From: Phoronis australis
Taxonomy: Eukaryota; Animalia; Phoronida
Assembly: GCA_002633005.1 (NCBI GenBank)
Contig: NMRA01000152.1
Span: forward strand, 62,001 to 126,000
Direction of reading: 5' to 3'
DNA: 64,000 nucleotides
In this document: piece by piece, positions 50,801 to 61,549 of the stretch
How positions within the stretch are numbered: position 1 is the first letter of the stretch
Layout of the letters: each line of letters opens with the position of its first letter
Translations under genes and position numbers: made by a program
Notes under the pieces: model-generated
Seen by the model: only the letters and a program-made list of their open reading frames with translations
What the model was told of the DNA's origin: nothing
Database searches by the model: none

Positions 50801-53426
50801 TTTGTCCCATTATCATTCACATTACTATAAGTTTACATAATATGCGTTCGTCTAAACTAACTATGCAACCATACTAACCAATCCCGTGTCTTGTTTTTTC
50901 ATTACTGCGTTATATTGTTACTTAAAGTTTTTTCAATATTAAGTTCCCTAAGACCTGATCTTTCCAGCAAGTAATTTTTCTCTAAAATTCTCATTTTCTC
51001 TTCAATTAGAAGGCATTATACCAGTACCGGTAGACGTAAATACATAAGCGCTGCACTTTCTCATTGTAAAGTGCGGCGAGATACCTACACAAAGGCAATA
51101 TGTACATACTTAATAAATAGATGGTTAACGAGTTTATGTATGTTGTTGACTAGTCTGTCATAAAAATAATTAAATAAATAGCTGGTTTAATAGAAGGGGG
51201 CACAACTTTTTTCTCTGAAATCGGGGGAGGGTCATTTTCAACACGTTTTTTAATTTGTGCAGTAAAATTATGTAGAACCATACCTCACACTTGTGTCTTC
51301 TTTGACTTTGGATGTTTTTAGTGCGATCACACATGTATGGAAAGTAAGATCAGAACATATAGTGCCTATCGCGGCAGAACCTGTCTCTGAACATTCAGTC
51401 CAGATAAGCTGAGCACAGGTGAAAAATAATGTATGACTTTCTGATACTGAACAGCTGTAATGTTCCTTGCATAATAAGGATTGTCCTAACTTGCCTTGAA
51501 AACTACAAGCATTTTGCAGCGCGAAATGGGATTTCATTTTCAAGACGAAAAACAACAGTCAGAAAAAATCCGCCTAGTCATATAACAGAAATAGGACAGC
51601 AACTGGGAAATGCCTACTCATTACACCTTGTGATGAAACTATTAACTAATCTTTTAAAATCATACAATCATTGAAAACATAAAAAATCTACAAGTTTCAA
51701 CCACACTAAGATGGCGTACATTTTTTTGAACCACAGCTGAATTTATCTCCTGCACAACTTCAAAAAAAGGAGATGGTGGATTGGCTGAGCATTTTGAGCT
51801 TTGTACTGCATGCTAAGGCTAGCGCAATTTCAAAAAAAAACAGGAGATGGTGGGTTGGCTGATCATTTTGAGCTTTGTACTGCATGCCAAGGCTATGAAT
51901 GGCATTTGCTGGATGTTTGAGACTGACTCGCATTTTTGCCCTCATGGCTTTCCTTAGACAGTTACTACAAGCATGCGGGAAGTTAAAATTCAGTAGGAAA
52001 TTCAGCTACTCTTCACACACTTCAGAATAGTAAAAATTTTGACTGGTTGGCACCTACTTTCCACGCAATTTTTATGTGTCGAGTTTCGGCAGTGTGAATG
52101 CACAGACTCCTAGTTCATAGTAATTGCAGGAAAATGGTAGCTTTGGAGTGAAAAACTCAATTTTGTGTATTGATTTTTTGCCCATTGCACTTACACTTGT
52201 CGTAAATGGTGGAAAATTTCCCTCTGAAATCAAATTTATTAGAACTTGTACAAGGTTTTTGAAGTCACTGACTCAGCATAATCTCTATATTTTCAGGTTA
52301 TGTACACCTCATAGAACAGAGAGGTGGCGCTGTCTAGACCTGCCTTTTCAAGCCCCAAACCAGCAAAAAAAGAGTGCCACCTTATAGGTAGTCCTAACAC
52401 AGACATCAGCGTCAGTTTATCACACACCCACAGTGGGACTACAAACAATCAATTGGGATTTTCAAAAAGGTCAAAACACCAGAAGTACCAATCTACTAGC
52501 AACTCAAAAGAAATCAGCACAATGGAATTGCAATGGACTGTAGCACTACAATTTGTTTTGTGCAGTGGTAACTTCCAAGTGACATAGCTATCAACGAAAG
52601 TTCACACAAAATTACTTTCCTTCAAGTGTTTATAACACCCAAAAACATATTCAAAATTATGTAGAACCCTTGGAAAATGCCTAAATTTGGCTACTTTTGG
52701 GGCACCATATCTAAGAAATGGGTGATTGTATTCATCCGGAACTATGATACTATGCTTCACTCAATGCTTCTGAGAATTTTTTTAAGGTGTTCCACTTTTA
52801 CGTGAGCAGCTTTGAGGAAAAAGGAATTAAAAATGATTTTCAGAAAACAACTCTAAAATTGCATAAAACGAAGACGAAATGATAATCCAGAAAACAGTGA
52901 CAGCATTTTTGAGACTTCACCTTGAACAAAAAAATGAAACAAAATTTGGCCATGTTATTACTGATGCCATTGTTCTGCTCCAAATGTAACTTTCTTTTTT
53001 ACTACATTTTGTGCTAAACAGACTCACGTGGAACAAGCGATGGCATATTTATAGAAAGTCAAAAACCAAATTCTGATTTGCAGATTTTCTACTTTCAGAA
53101 AATAATATGTCTTTAAATTAAACTTTACAGCTCTCTAAATACTTGGCTGAATACACAGATGATCAGCAACACGAGTTCAGCATTCACCAGCACATAGAAT
53201 TTCCAAAGCAAAACATATTTAAAAAATGCATTGCGTACTTTGAATACAAGAACATGCACGCATACGCAGTCATTGTGGTACTTGCACAAGGCTATACACC
53301 AACCTGGTATATGTAGACAGCCAACGTAGCACAGTAGGCAAAGCGGTCTCCACAGGCGGCGCACACATCTGTGTTCCATGGCTGACAGCCTGCTGCCAAC
53401 AGGGCAGTTTGCTTCATCATGGACAT
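20719..53426 (-). CDS. WDR17: WD repeat-containing protein 17, spliced gene, ~1268 aa
   Basis: 26 in-phase GT-AG exons totalling 3807 nt. The N-terminus LLAAGCQPWNTDVCAACGDRFAYCATLAVYIYQ, internal GHVETIFDCKF and DHGADVYG, and C-terminus GPDFVTGSNLPSHSD...ALMWAKVNPFSPL...RINPF* match the vertebrate WDR17 sequence as I recall it. Confidence 0.94.
21456..21627 (-). CDS. WDR17: WDR17 coding exon 25 (...GPDFVTGSNLPSHSDVH...RIQ)
   Basis: Conserved GSNLPSHSD motif; phase-2 acceptor TTCAG. Confidence 0.87.
22115..22228 (-). CDS. WDR17: WDR17 coding exon 24 (SVLQQDSPDVPL...ELDAWR...)
   Basis: ELDAWR motif; 3' boundary uncertain (two phase-2 donors 12 nt apart). Confidence 0.78.
22540..22641 (-). 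CDS. WDR17: WDR17 coding exon 23 (ERSELLAISAYVGALLAIRRMY...)
   Basis: GALLAIRR motif; AG/GT boundaries. Confidence 0.88.
23349..23451 (-). CDS. WDR17: WDR17 coding exon 22 (CLRSSSWTLD...IRTD...)
   Basis: In-phase AG/GT boundaries. Confidence 0.86.
24241..24382 (-). CDS. WDR17: WDR17 coding exon 21 (CGLPNLDECL...AVKYYL...)
   Basis: In-phase AG/GT boundaries. Confidence 0.87.
25291..25402 (-). CDS. WDR17: WDR17 coding exon 20 (DLAVDLLKTIEDN...INSIHER)
   Basis: In-phase AG/GT boundaries. Confidence 0.87.
26819..26955 (-). CDS. WDR17: WDR17 coding exon 19 (LAISKLIRGNELELAVGVGTVL...)
   Basis: LIRGNELELAV motif; AG/GT boundaries. Confidence 0.9.
27447..27546 (-). CDS. WDR17: WDR17 coding exon 18 (LADWYFRNG...AACCHLAVDDCE)
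   Basis: AACCHLA motif; AG/GT boundaries. Confidence 0.88.
27949..28173 (-). CDS. WDR17: WDR17 coding exon 17 (YVGHLVKQDQEEAVPYCVAAGD...)
   Basis: In-phase AG/GT boundaries. Confidence 0.88.
29239..29303 (-). CDS. WDR17: WDR17 coding exon 16 (WEKALSVAPGASMDYWQSLVE)
   Basis: T-rich acceptor; donor AG|GTAATT. Confidence 0.88.
30244..30393 (-). CDS. WDR17: WDR17 coding exon 15 (SEARELE...YCEILVGLGQ)
   Basis: In-phase AG/GT boundaries. Confidence 0.88.
30931..31050 (-). CDS. WDR17: WDR17 coding exon 14 (KGVENLWELV...GIMHVKHLTRFKG)
   Basis: In-phase AG/GT boundaries. Confidence 0.87.
31744..31883 (-). CDS. WDR17: WDR17 coding exon 13 (QAMSTGHLPLLAGRVSKE...)
   Basis: In-phase AG/GT boundaries. 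Confidence 0.85.
32735..33025. mobile_element. MITE with GG termini and TWA-like target (Zator/Harbinger-like)
   Basis: TIRs ggccaaaaacacataactggttctggtct / agaccagagccaactgtgcttttttggtc; flanks tta/tga. Confidence 0.6.
34236..34385 (-). CDS. WDR17: WDR17 coding exon 12 (LSSHPRRPFVLASCSRDSTLRIWS...)
   Basis: In-phase AG/GT boundaries. Confidence 0.9.
34752..36263 (-). mobile_element. Internally deleted hAT-like DNA transposon with 6-bp TSD
   Basis: TIRs cagggcttggaat / attccaagccttg; AAGACA on both sides; decayed zinc-finger-like GFARCKL*QRDI...DHL...MKHK on the - strand (~35830-35930); a related end lies inverted at ~8890-8935. Confidence 0.72.
36535..36737 (-). CDS. WDR17: WDR17 coding exon 11 (TIRIWDYTQD...DHGADVY)
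   Basis: WD40 repeats; donor GTGAGT. Confidence 0.92.
37131..37295 (-). CDS. WDR17: WDR17 coding exon 10 (DMIATGCDD...ILCSGSDD)
   Basis: FSGHTAKVF motif; AG/GT boundaries. Confidence 0.9.
37755..37841 (-). CDS. WDR17: WDR17 coding exon 9 (IIRHVDG...HPAAVFGCDWS)
   Basis: In-phase AG/GT boundaries. Confidence 0.9.
38525..38607 (-). CDS. WDR17: WDR17 coding exon 8 (HGKSSVYSVAWCHKDSRRLATC)
   Basis: In-phase AG/GT boundaries. Confidence 0.9.
38830..39030 (-). mobile_element. tRNA-derived SINE fragment
   Basis: On the - strand, ggggcattatagcttagtag (A-box-like) and gggttcaactct (B-box-like) at tRNA-like spacing; degenerate. Confidence 0.45.
39078..39224 (-). CDS. WDR17: WDR17 coding exon 7 (LHTSPGNEGVIYCLSWAP...)
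   Basis: In-phase AG/GT boundaries; WD40 repeat. Confidence 0.9.
39739..39852 (-). CDS. WDR17: WDR17 coding exon 6 (GHVETIFDCKF...)
   Basis: WD40 repeat ATASFDGTIKIWD; donor GTAAGT. Confidence 0.92.
40268..40367 (-). CDS. WDR17: WDR17 coding exon 5 (FALPPAHAVC...WDFLRDL)
   Basis: DGGVGLYD motif; donor GTATGT. Confidence 0.9.
40933..41107 (-). CDS. WDR17: WDR17 coding exon 4 (DANSGVMRLWNVSK...)
   Basis: LKKMGFH motif; AG/GT boundaries. Confidence 0.87.
42222..42510. repeat. ~54-bp minisatellite, ~5 copies, in a WDR17 intron
   Basis: Unit ~gaacatagacataaaccaagtgcttgcgtttaaatgggaagatattaacaagca. Confidence 0.85.
43106..43354 (-). CDS. WDR17: WDR17 coding exon 3 (KNQKHVL...APGMFLTG)
   Basis: LEWDPLS motif; AG/GT boundaries. 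Confidence 0.9.
43602..43992. mobile_element. Degenerate pogo/Tigger-like MITE
   Basis: Inverted tagataagccca / tgggcttatcta near both ends; TA termini; gcccatgggcg subterminal motifs; related fragment at ~23655-23690. Confidence 0.5.
44151..44550. mobile_element. Palindromic PHIS-like MITE
   Basis: ~120-bp imperfect inverted arms (gggtctagaatctaatatttgtacacgaaat... / ...atttcgagtaaaaagattagaacctgggccc). Confidence 0.72.
44897..45305 (-). CDS. WDR17: WDR17 coding exon 2 (LDRTYNEFKLH...ISLFFL)
   Basis: WD40 repeats; AG/GT boundaries. Confidence 0.92.
46252..49597. mobile_element. ~3.3-kb non-autonomous TIR DNA transposon (superfamily uncertain)
   Basis: TIRs gggcaattccat / atgaaattgtcc; flanks atat/atac; ggacgtac-type subterminal motifs near both ends (~46270, 46438, 46644, 49042, 49055, 49229). 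Confidence 0.65.
46730..47319. mobile_element. piggyBac-like MITE nested in the 3.3-kb element
   Basis: Perfect 12-bp TIR cccttatcctgc / gcaggataaggg with TTAA on both sides. Confidence 0.88.
51762..51895. repeat. ~75-bp tandem duplication
   Basis: aggagatggtgg.ttggctga.cattttgagctttgtactgcatgc.aaggcta occurs twice. Confidence 0.8.
53304..53426 (-). CDS. WDR17: WDR17 coding exon 1 (MSMMKQTALLAAGCQPW...YIYQ)
   Basis: Acceptor at 53444-53443; ACC-ATG start; donor CAG|GTTGGT. Confidence 0.9.
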
Positions 53427-54710
53427 GGTGCGTCTTCTAGAGCTGCAACAACAAGATGTAAGGTGAAATCTCCCCAATTTAGGACTGAAGATGGCACACA
53501 GGTGAAATTTTTTTTCTTATTTCTTCATTAATGATATACAATGCCAAAATGATGTTTCACCACATTCAACTTCTGTACTATCTAAGCTACTGACAGGCAA
53601 TGAATTGAAAAATTGTCAGCAATCATAACGATGTTAAAAACCTTTGAAAAATAAAAAAGTGTAATTTTGACAATTGTATTTTTGTCCCAAAATTGGTGAG
53701 ATTTTATCGTACTATGGTTACATTGCCAACATAGCATCCAAACAGTCCCTTCCAATGAAGAAATTCAATGAAATTTCACAATGAAGTGCTTTTGATGTTG
53801 ACAATGAACCAAGTAGCAAAGACCCAATACACGAATTATGTACTAACTTTCTGTACTGTTAATTCATGGACCTCTCTCTCTTTGTTGTTTTCTCATACTC
53901 AACAATAGCAACATGTGTCTCCTGCCCTTTTACATATTGGAACCAATTTTGAAAACTAGGTTGAGGGGAAGGTATTTTAGGGAAGGCTCAAATCACGAAT
54001 GTTCCCTAAACACACCAGAGTACTTTGCTGGAGGTTTAACATGATTTGAGTTTGCCTGAGATGGATTGGTGAATGAAAATGCACAATATTCAAATTCATG
54101 AAGTTTATTTCCATGACAACTGGTTTCATGGTTTTTATATGCCGTAACTGCCTGTGCATGACAAAAACCCATAACGTCAAACTTTCACCCAAACTGTTGA
54201 AAATACGATGAAGCGTCCTGCCATCAGAGCCTGCATCAGACACTGGACACCCAGACACAGATGACGGCAATATGCTGCACCCACGATGTATATGCAGGTG
54301 CATAAAAATGCATAACTGGCATAAAAATGAAAAATCAAATTCTCCAGGCTTTATACTTGTATTAGAAAATACTTTTACGAGGTTAAATCTATACGTTTTG
54401 CAGACATTTGGCTAAATGTACAGACTTTCTAACATGGTCTGCGCAACCTTAACAAATAGAGAAATTTTATTTGTTGGGCACATTGTATGATAGAGAGGTC
54501 AGATGCATTACAACAGGGTATGCATGAGCAGTTTGCTATGAAATTACTGGACCCACCCATTTGTTTAGCATACACACATATCCTCTAAGAACACATAGTG
54601 AAAGAAAAAAAATACCTTTTTCGCACAAGCCAAGCAGACAAATCAATTCATTATCTGCAGGTCAAAAATCAATAGGTGCTCAAAATGATCCAAATTTGTA
54701 ACTCACTTAC

Positions 54711-54790
54711 CAGTTAGTCTTAAATCGAAAGTCTGGCGCTATGCGGGAGGCTAACAATCTCTCTAGTGCACATTTACTTGTCTTGCAACC
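54711..54790 (-). other. WDR17: Probable non-coding first exon / promoter of WDR17 (5' limit unknown)
   Basis: The ATG exon has its own acceptor (53444-53443), so an upstream exon is required; a strong donor CTG|GTAAGT lies at 54710 in a CpG-containing patch. Confidence 0.55.
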
Positions 54791-54824
54791 CTCTCGACAT
54801 TTATTTCGTTTCAATGGCCAGTTA

Positions 54825-56218
54825 CCGTATTCGCCGTAATAACCGCCCAGGGCGCTTAGAAAAGTTCGGTTCAGGGGGGGGGCGCTTATAATAACCCAAG
54901 GTGGTTGAAACCCGGTCTCCGAAACGGGTGAAATCGGAAGCTAAGATTCATCAAATTTACACTCTGTGATGTATCTGTAATCTATGAAAGACTTTCAACA
55001 AAACTGTGGTGCATTGCTATCAAACTTTGCTGCTAAATTACGATCATTTTACAGAAAATTGTGCTGAAATCCCAGGGCGAAAACTCGCCGACGGACTGCC
55101 TTGAAATCGCCATCTTCGATATGGCGACTTCAATGCTTGAATAAAAATAGTTTCGACTCAAGCAAATTACCTGAAATTTTCATTAAGTTTTCTAAGTAGC
55201 GTCCCGTGGAGTCTGGATTAACGGCAGGTTTAAGTACAAATCTGTGCAACATCGTGCCATCTACATGTATGATCGGCAACACGGCGAGAAAAATGTCTGG
55301 ACGAACACACATGTTGTTGTCACGTGACGTTTGTTTTGATGTTCATCTGTGAGTAAGTGAGCGCGTGCGTGTCACCAGAGTTCATTTGCCAAAGCAGAGA
55401 CCGTCTTTTGGCCAGAGCCACGCAATCTAACGAGCTAGATGTGCATTGCGTCTAAAGAAATTTGCACAAGCAGTAGGCCTAAACCAAAGCGTGTTTCATT
55501 CAGTCTCATGTGCTAAAAATGTTCGACATATGTCTCGGTAAGGCCCATATTAGTCGCCGTGTAGCTGGATGCATACGTAACTATCTGACAGTTATTTTTC
55601 GGTGTAAGGGTGTGTAAGCATTCACTGTCAGTTGTCATTTTATCGGATATTCGGCTTAAAAACACCAATGATGGTTAATCAAACAATCCATCTCAAAAAT
55701 AACGCAAACATGTTTTATAGTATTAGAAATTGTTGGAAATTAGTGCCAATATTCATTTCTTACCGATGCTATGCTACCCGTTTCATGAATGGATAGTTTC
55801 CGACTAATGTCTTTGATGACAGGTTCATATATGTAACGCGCGCTTCCTGGCCACGTGCGTTTAACACCGAGTTATTTTTATTCATGAGGCAGTCAATGTG
55901 TCTACTGAAAGTCAAAACCACAGTGGAACACGGTCGTCGCGAGAGTAGCAACGCTGTTGCGTTCTTTTTGAAGCGCTGCGTTACTTTGAAGTGTATAATC
56001 ACTGCTAAATACAAACGTAGCAGTGCCGCTGGTGGTCTAGAAGACCCGCGCAAACATTTTTTGATAAATTGAAGACGTTACTACAGCCGAGTTTTAAGAC
56101 TGCAGGTACGTCATTGTTCGCATGTACACGTTTATGGACTGGGCGCTTATTTCAGCAAAGTGTGAAAACGCGTGTGGGGTGCTTATGGGGGCATGGGCGG
56201 TTATCACGGCGAATACGG
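54825..56218. mobile_element. Non-autonomous pogo/Tigger (Tc1/mariner superfamily) element immediately upstream of WDR17
   Basis: 25-bp TIR ccgtattcgccgtaataaccgccca / tgggcggttatcacggcgaatacgg (1 mismatch); TA TSD; gggcgctta subterminal repeats; no transposase ORF. Confidence 0.9.
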
Positions 56219-57606
56219 TAGTTGTTGACCCAAATTGAAAGCAGCAAAGACAATTGTTAATGACGATGTCTTTCCCCGAGCTGATTAAAATAATTCCACG
56301 CAAATCTTAGACCATGACTAACGTCACTAACTATTTTAGTTTCATCAATGGAGAGTGTAACCAATTTCGTACAAAAATAATTGCTAAAATGAATCTTTTA
56401 TCATTTTTCAAGAGCTTTTAAAATTGTTGAGAATGCACCAAATTTTTCAAAACTTTGTCTGGTGATAGCTGTGTTACAGAACATAAACATGGAAAAGCAA
56501 TTTTAATTTGTTACTGCACACGTTGCTAGGAAAATTGATAAAATAAAGTTTCACTTATCAGTCATGTTATGTTCTAAATACTAGGTGATCTTACCAGAAG
56601 TTTGAGTCAGATTTGTTCTGTCACTTAATTTATACACCTCATTTCCTGGAACCCATTGCCAAAAGCAGCATAAAATTGTAGGTTTCCACTCTGTGAGGGA
56701 TGTTCCTTAACTTTCACATACAAGGAAAACTGCAACCGATTGACAAATCTCAACCATATAACATAGTCGTACCCCAAGACTGGCCGTTATCAGTTCTAAG
56801 TAGACAGGAACTGCACTCAGCAAACAAGAGAGAGCCACCTTAACACCCCTTTCAAAAGATGGACAAACAAACAGGTTATGAAAAGAAACAAGAAAGGTTC
56901 CAGTTAGTTTGCACTGAACAAACAAGCCACCAGTCCAACCAACACTAGTTGGCAATGAGGACACAGTGGTGAGATAAACTACTTCATGACATTGTTACCC
57001 TGAATACAATCAATCCTGAATTCTTTATTCATACCAACTTCTAAAAGATCACAAGCTAGGAGACTCCTGAGCTGACAGTACAGGGGAATTAACACCCCGA
57101 ATCAACACCCAATATCAATCACATGGTGCTCAACATTCCGAAACTCCGTTCTAGCATGAGAAAGCGGTGCACGCGACCTGCGACCTCGGGTGCCCCGGTT
57201 TTTCGCTTCGCTTCGCTTCATCTGTCTCAGGTTTATTTGGCCATGCAGTCAAGGGTCAAGCTCTCAGATATATATCTGAATGGTTTCACGTTTCAAAGTG
57301 AATTAATTTGCAGCACAGAATACAACCCAAAAAGCTGTTAGCTCAAATTTAATTCAATAAAGAACCTTTTTGCAGGGTTTAAAAGTTACAAAAGGATTAA
57401 TGTATTATGCAAAACCCCTCAAACTGGGAGATGAGAAGTTTCCAACAAATAAGTATTACCGGGGTAGTCTTTTAATAGTCTTGCTCACAAAAATGATGGA
57501 GTTTCAACATTCAGACTTTCCTCATTTCACAAAACACTGCCCCGTCAAATTATTTCCGAGCACCAATTGGGAGCTGAGCAGACCTAGAAATGTCATTATA
57601 GTCAAT

Positions 57607-58765
57607 AGCGGATTTGCAGCGACGCCATATTGAAATTAGGTTAAAATGGTGCATTGTGGGTGCTGTGGTCAGGATTCCGAAACCGGCCATAGTATCAAGC
57701 ATANNNNNNNNNNNNNNNNNNNNNNNNNNNNNNNNNNNNNNNNNNNNNNNNNNNNNNNNNNNNNNNNNNNNNNNNNNNNNNNNNNNNNNNNNNNNNNNNN
57801 NNNNNNNNNNNNNNNNNNNNNNNNNNNNNNNNNNNNNNNNNNNNNNNNNNNNNNNNNNNNNNNNNNNNNNNNNNNNNNNNNNNNNNNNNNNNNNNNNNNC
57901 AACTGAATCACGTGAGTTAGGCAAAGGTTAGCGCGAGACTCAGCGAAGCGCGTGACGCTAGCGCGTGACACTTGTAAAATAGCATGAGAAGGTATCGGGT
58001 GAAACTTGTAAGATGTGTGTCCCTTAGACTTTTTATTCGTCAACATGTGTAATTTCACGTAACTTCCTCAAAATGGCACCCGGTAACTGAGAGAACTTGA
58101 CTCGAGCAAACCGCGACAGATTTTCATGGATTTGTTCAATTTTTGCAGAATAAATTGTATCCAGAGTCGTGGTATGTGTTAATTATAACTCCGTGTTCCT
58201 ATATGTATGGTACATTTGATTTTATTTGCTGTATTTTGAAATGAGTAACCTTTTGTGAGGATGTACTATCGCCCCTGAATGCCTGCGGCATCCAGTGCGA
58301 TGTTATTGCCTAGGGGCCATCGTGTGTGCAGCGAACATTTTCCTGGTGGAAAAAAGACGTATGAGAACAACATTCCGACGGAGTTTCCTCTTAAAATTAA
58401 CGTCTCTAGCATATCCACGGCGAAAGCTACCAAATTTAAGCAACCCAAGAACTATAAACTTGTCTGAAACCGGAGATTTCGAAATCAACGCCGATAGCCC
58501 CTATACTGAACATGACAACAATCGTGCCCTCAGTCACACGGTTACTGATCATAGCTACGCTGTGTTTACAAACGAGAGAGAGGACTTGCTTGGTATTATA
58601 AAGCAAAAAAAATGAAACATGGTTTTTAGTTTGCAAATCACTCCAAATGCACACACTATCCAGCCTGCTCAAGACATGCCTGACCACAAGCTATCCCATG
58701 AGCCTTCGCGCAGGAAGTAACTCGCACATGCGCAATGCGTAGTTCGTTTGCGCTGCAAATCCGCT
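57607..58765 (+). mobile_element. Deleted THAP-encoding DNA transposon (ISL2EU/PHIS-like)
   Basis: Perfect 15-bp TIR agcggatttgcagcg / cgctgcaaatccgct flanked by AT; THAP C-terminal half RVCSEHF...NIPTEFP (~58318-58390) and a DHSY motif in the next frame; contains a 196-n gap. Confidence 0.75.
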
Positions 58766-59857
58766 ATCGGCAAGTGATCAACTACTGCAGTCAGTGCCAC
58801 CTAGGATTGGATTAAAATGAAAGTAACAGACTAAATCATATAGGACTGCTCACCATTGGTTATGTAACAATTGAGAAAACATCATAGAACATGTTTTGGG
58901 AGGAAACATATTTCCTTACAACTAGACAACTGATGGCTGCAGCAATGTTTTGCTAGGATTTTAAGTAAGCAAACAGACTTGAAGTTCAAACATCCATTTT
59001 GTAGGTTAAACCCAGTTTGAAAAGGCTTAATGCTGACAACTTAAAACATTAATGGTGTCCCAAAATGCTTTAAGAGCTGGATAATTAAGAAGATGGTGTA
59101 GAATCAGGCCATCATTCAGATGGTGTACAAGGCATCCAAATAGACACCCTAGTTAAGATGCCCTGTTCAACATTTTGACACCCAAGTAAAATACAGCATT
59201 TCAGTGAGCATGGTGTCTCTTTAATTAAAGTTGAGATCAGGATATACCACAGCAGAGCCTCGAAAGCGCCACGTTTTACAAAGTGAAGTGTCCCATAGCA
59301 TAGCGCACAAAAGATTTCATTGGCTTTATTAGCATAAGATTTGCATACATAACTAGCCCCAATGTATGATCTGGGTAAACTGTCAACTGACAGGTCATAA
59401 AACTTTACTACTTCATGTAGCCTAGTTGCTTTAAGTTGTAAAACACAACTTCTTAACTTTTAGTCGAAGGCCACTTTTGATATGTTATTTGAATTTGAGG
59501 TGGAAAATACTGCAAAACCATACCCTACACATTTCAACTTGTTGTTTACTGATGCATTTTTCAAAGCTCTTTGACTCTGGCCCAAAGTGCGCATTAATAT
59601 TTATCTGCACTTTTCCACTCGTTTAGTTCATTTTATCAAACAAATTTAAAAATTAGCGAAACATGTGTTTGAAGACATTTGACAAGATTTTTGTTGATTA
59701 GTATCACATACATTTCATTGCGCTGGCGTAATTTTTTGAAACTACTGCCAGTGTGCATCAATTATGGTAGTGACTTGACGAAAGTTTGTTCTCATCATAC
59801 AACGTTGTCGGGCATTTCCAAGCATGACGATCATCGAATAAACGGCTATACTGGCAG

Positions 59858-60203
59858 TATTTAAAAGCCGCGAGAAGGTGCAGGCAGTGGTCGAGTTGCC
59901 AGCAGATTGGGCGAACGCAGTCATCGACGAGGTCGCCACACCTGATCGCTACGTTGTCCGTTTCCCAGGCCGGCACAGTAATGAGTACTACACAGTTTCA
60001 TCCAACGAAATTCGTGCTCGAGTACTTCCACGGCAAGAGCAAGAAAGGTATAGGTTTTTCTTATTTTTATTATTTTATTATGTTTATTGTTCATTTTAGT
60101 GTGATGGTGTCTAAGACAGTCAGTCTAACAATTGTCGTTAGCCGGTTAGGTAGGGTTGTTTGCCTCTGCTACTACATCCAGGGTACTTGTAAATGGCATA
60201 CCG
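59858..60203 (+). other. Candidate two-exon coding fragment (59858-60047, 60100-60203) with Tudor/chromo-barrel-like pattern
   Basis: GC-rich open frame FKSREKVQAVV...WANAVIDEV...YVVRFPG...YYTVSSNEIRAR; donor AAG|GTATAG, 52-nt T-rich intron, in-frame second exon ending CCG|GTAAGT; no clear start or end. Confidence 0.4.
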
Positions 60204-61549
60204 GTAAGTGTGCCAAGTTTTAGAAAGCGTGTCACTGTAACTTCAGTGGGGGCGATTCTGCATGTTTAGGTGTATAATTTATCTCAACCAGTGGTGCCTG
60301 AATTATTTTAACACAGGGTTATATTAATTTACAATTCCAAATCTTGGAACTTTTCGTTCAAACTTAACCAACAAACCTTCTAAAATTTCATCATGAAAAC
60401 AATCGGATCACAATAGTTCAAACTCTGTTGAAGAGCTGTAGGTTTAACCATAGATCCTGGTGTAACAAATGTGTGATGTGCAGATAAATATTTATTTGAT
60501 AGTCCGAGGTCTCAGCAGAATAATCGCACAAAGCATTATATACGTCATGAAACTATTTCAGTCTCAGTCGAGACTGAAATAACAATGTCATCATTCTCTC
60601 ACGTTAGACTGCACTTACTCAGTGATGACGTCATAGCAGCAATGAAATGTTTTTAGACTCAAACTTTCATGAAACAGAGCCCTGGGCTTAAATGCATATA
60701 ATTTACTTGCAGCAACCCTATAGCCAATCTTCTTTTTATGCTGTGTGAAACTGCATTTAGGATAATGGTCCCTGGTCATTGTGTACAGGTTCGACAGCTT
60801 ATACTTTCCTGTTTTTGTGTACGTGCGTGTTGAGAAGGGATTGTACTCAGTATTACATTTTTATCATATTGTATGCATCCTGGCTTGTTCACAGTGATTT
60901 AGAAAGTCGTGCTCTAACATTTATAAACCTAGTATGCTATCCTCACTCTTGCTCAAGAAGTGTGTTATGCTTGTAAAAACTTTGTATTTTACGTAAAGTA
61001 TTTTAAAACTAGCTATCCCATGTGTTACTTTTGTGATTGACAATCGAATGTAACATCACTTCGATTTCTGAATTTGCCTACCCATTAACAGTTTAGTTGT
61101 TCATGCTCTACTGAATTTCGATATAAACTTTTAGCGCCAAATTAAAAATTGATGTCTAGATTTATGGTTATCGGACACAGACTGATGAAAATTTAGTAAT
61201 TTTGTCAAGATCGTATCACAAAAACAAGTAATATGACTCAAATGAAACTGTCACTATGACGTTATTCCTAAACAAGCTTGTTTTTGAATACACCGCCAAA
61301 AATTGAGGCTTTCATAATTTTTGCAAAAATTTTGATTTCCAAACTGCATAAAATAAATAAGAATATTTTGGAAAACTGATCTTGAGACTTGTTCATGAAT
61401 ATTGATGAAAACTTCATTGAAAACACAATAAAACTTTCTGTTTGAAAGCTTGTTACTGAGTCGCTCATAGTGTCGAAACAATCTGCTTTCTTCAGGTGTG
61501 CAGCTATATAGCAAAACACCAAGACACGTAACAAACAAACAAATTAAAA

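Noticed and set aside
50337-53117. Possible large Kolobok-like element (taaagaca... / ...atgtctttaa)
   Set aside because: The left end matches poorly and spans a gap; boundaries cannot be supported.
57550-58058. ORFs spanning the long X runs
   Set aside because: Artefacts of the N gap at 57704-57899.
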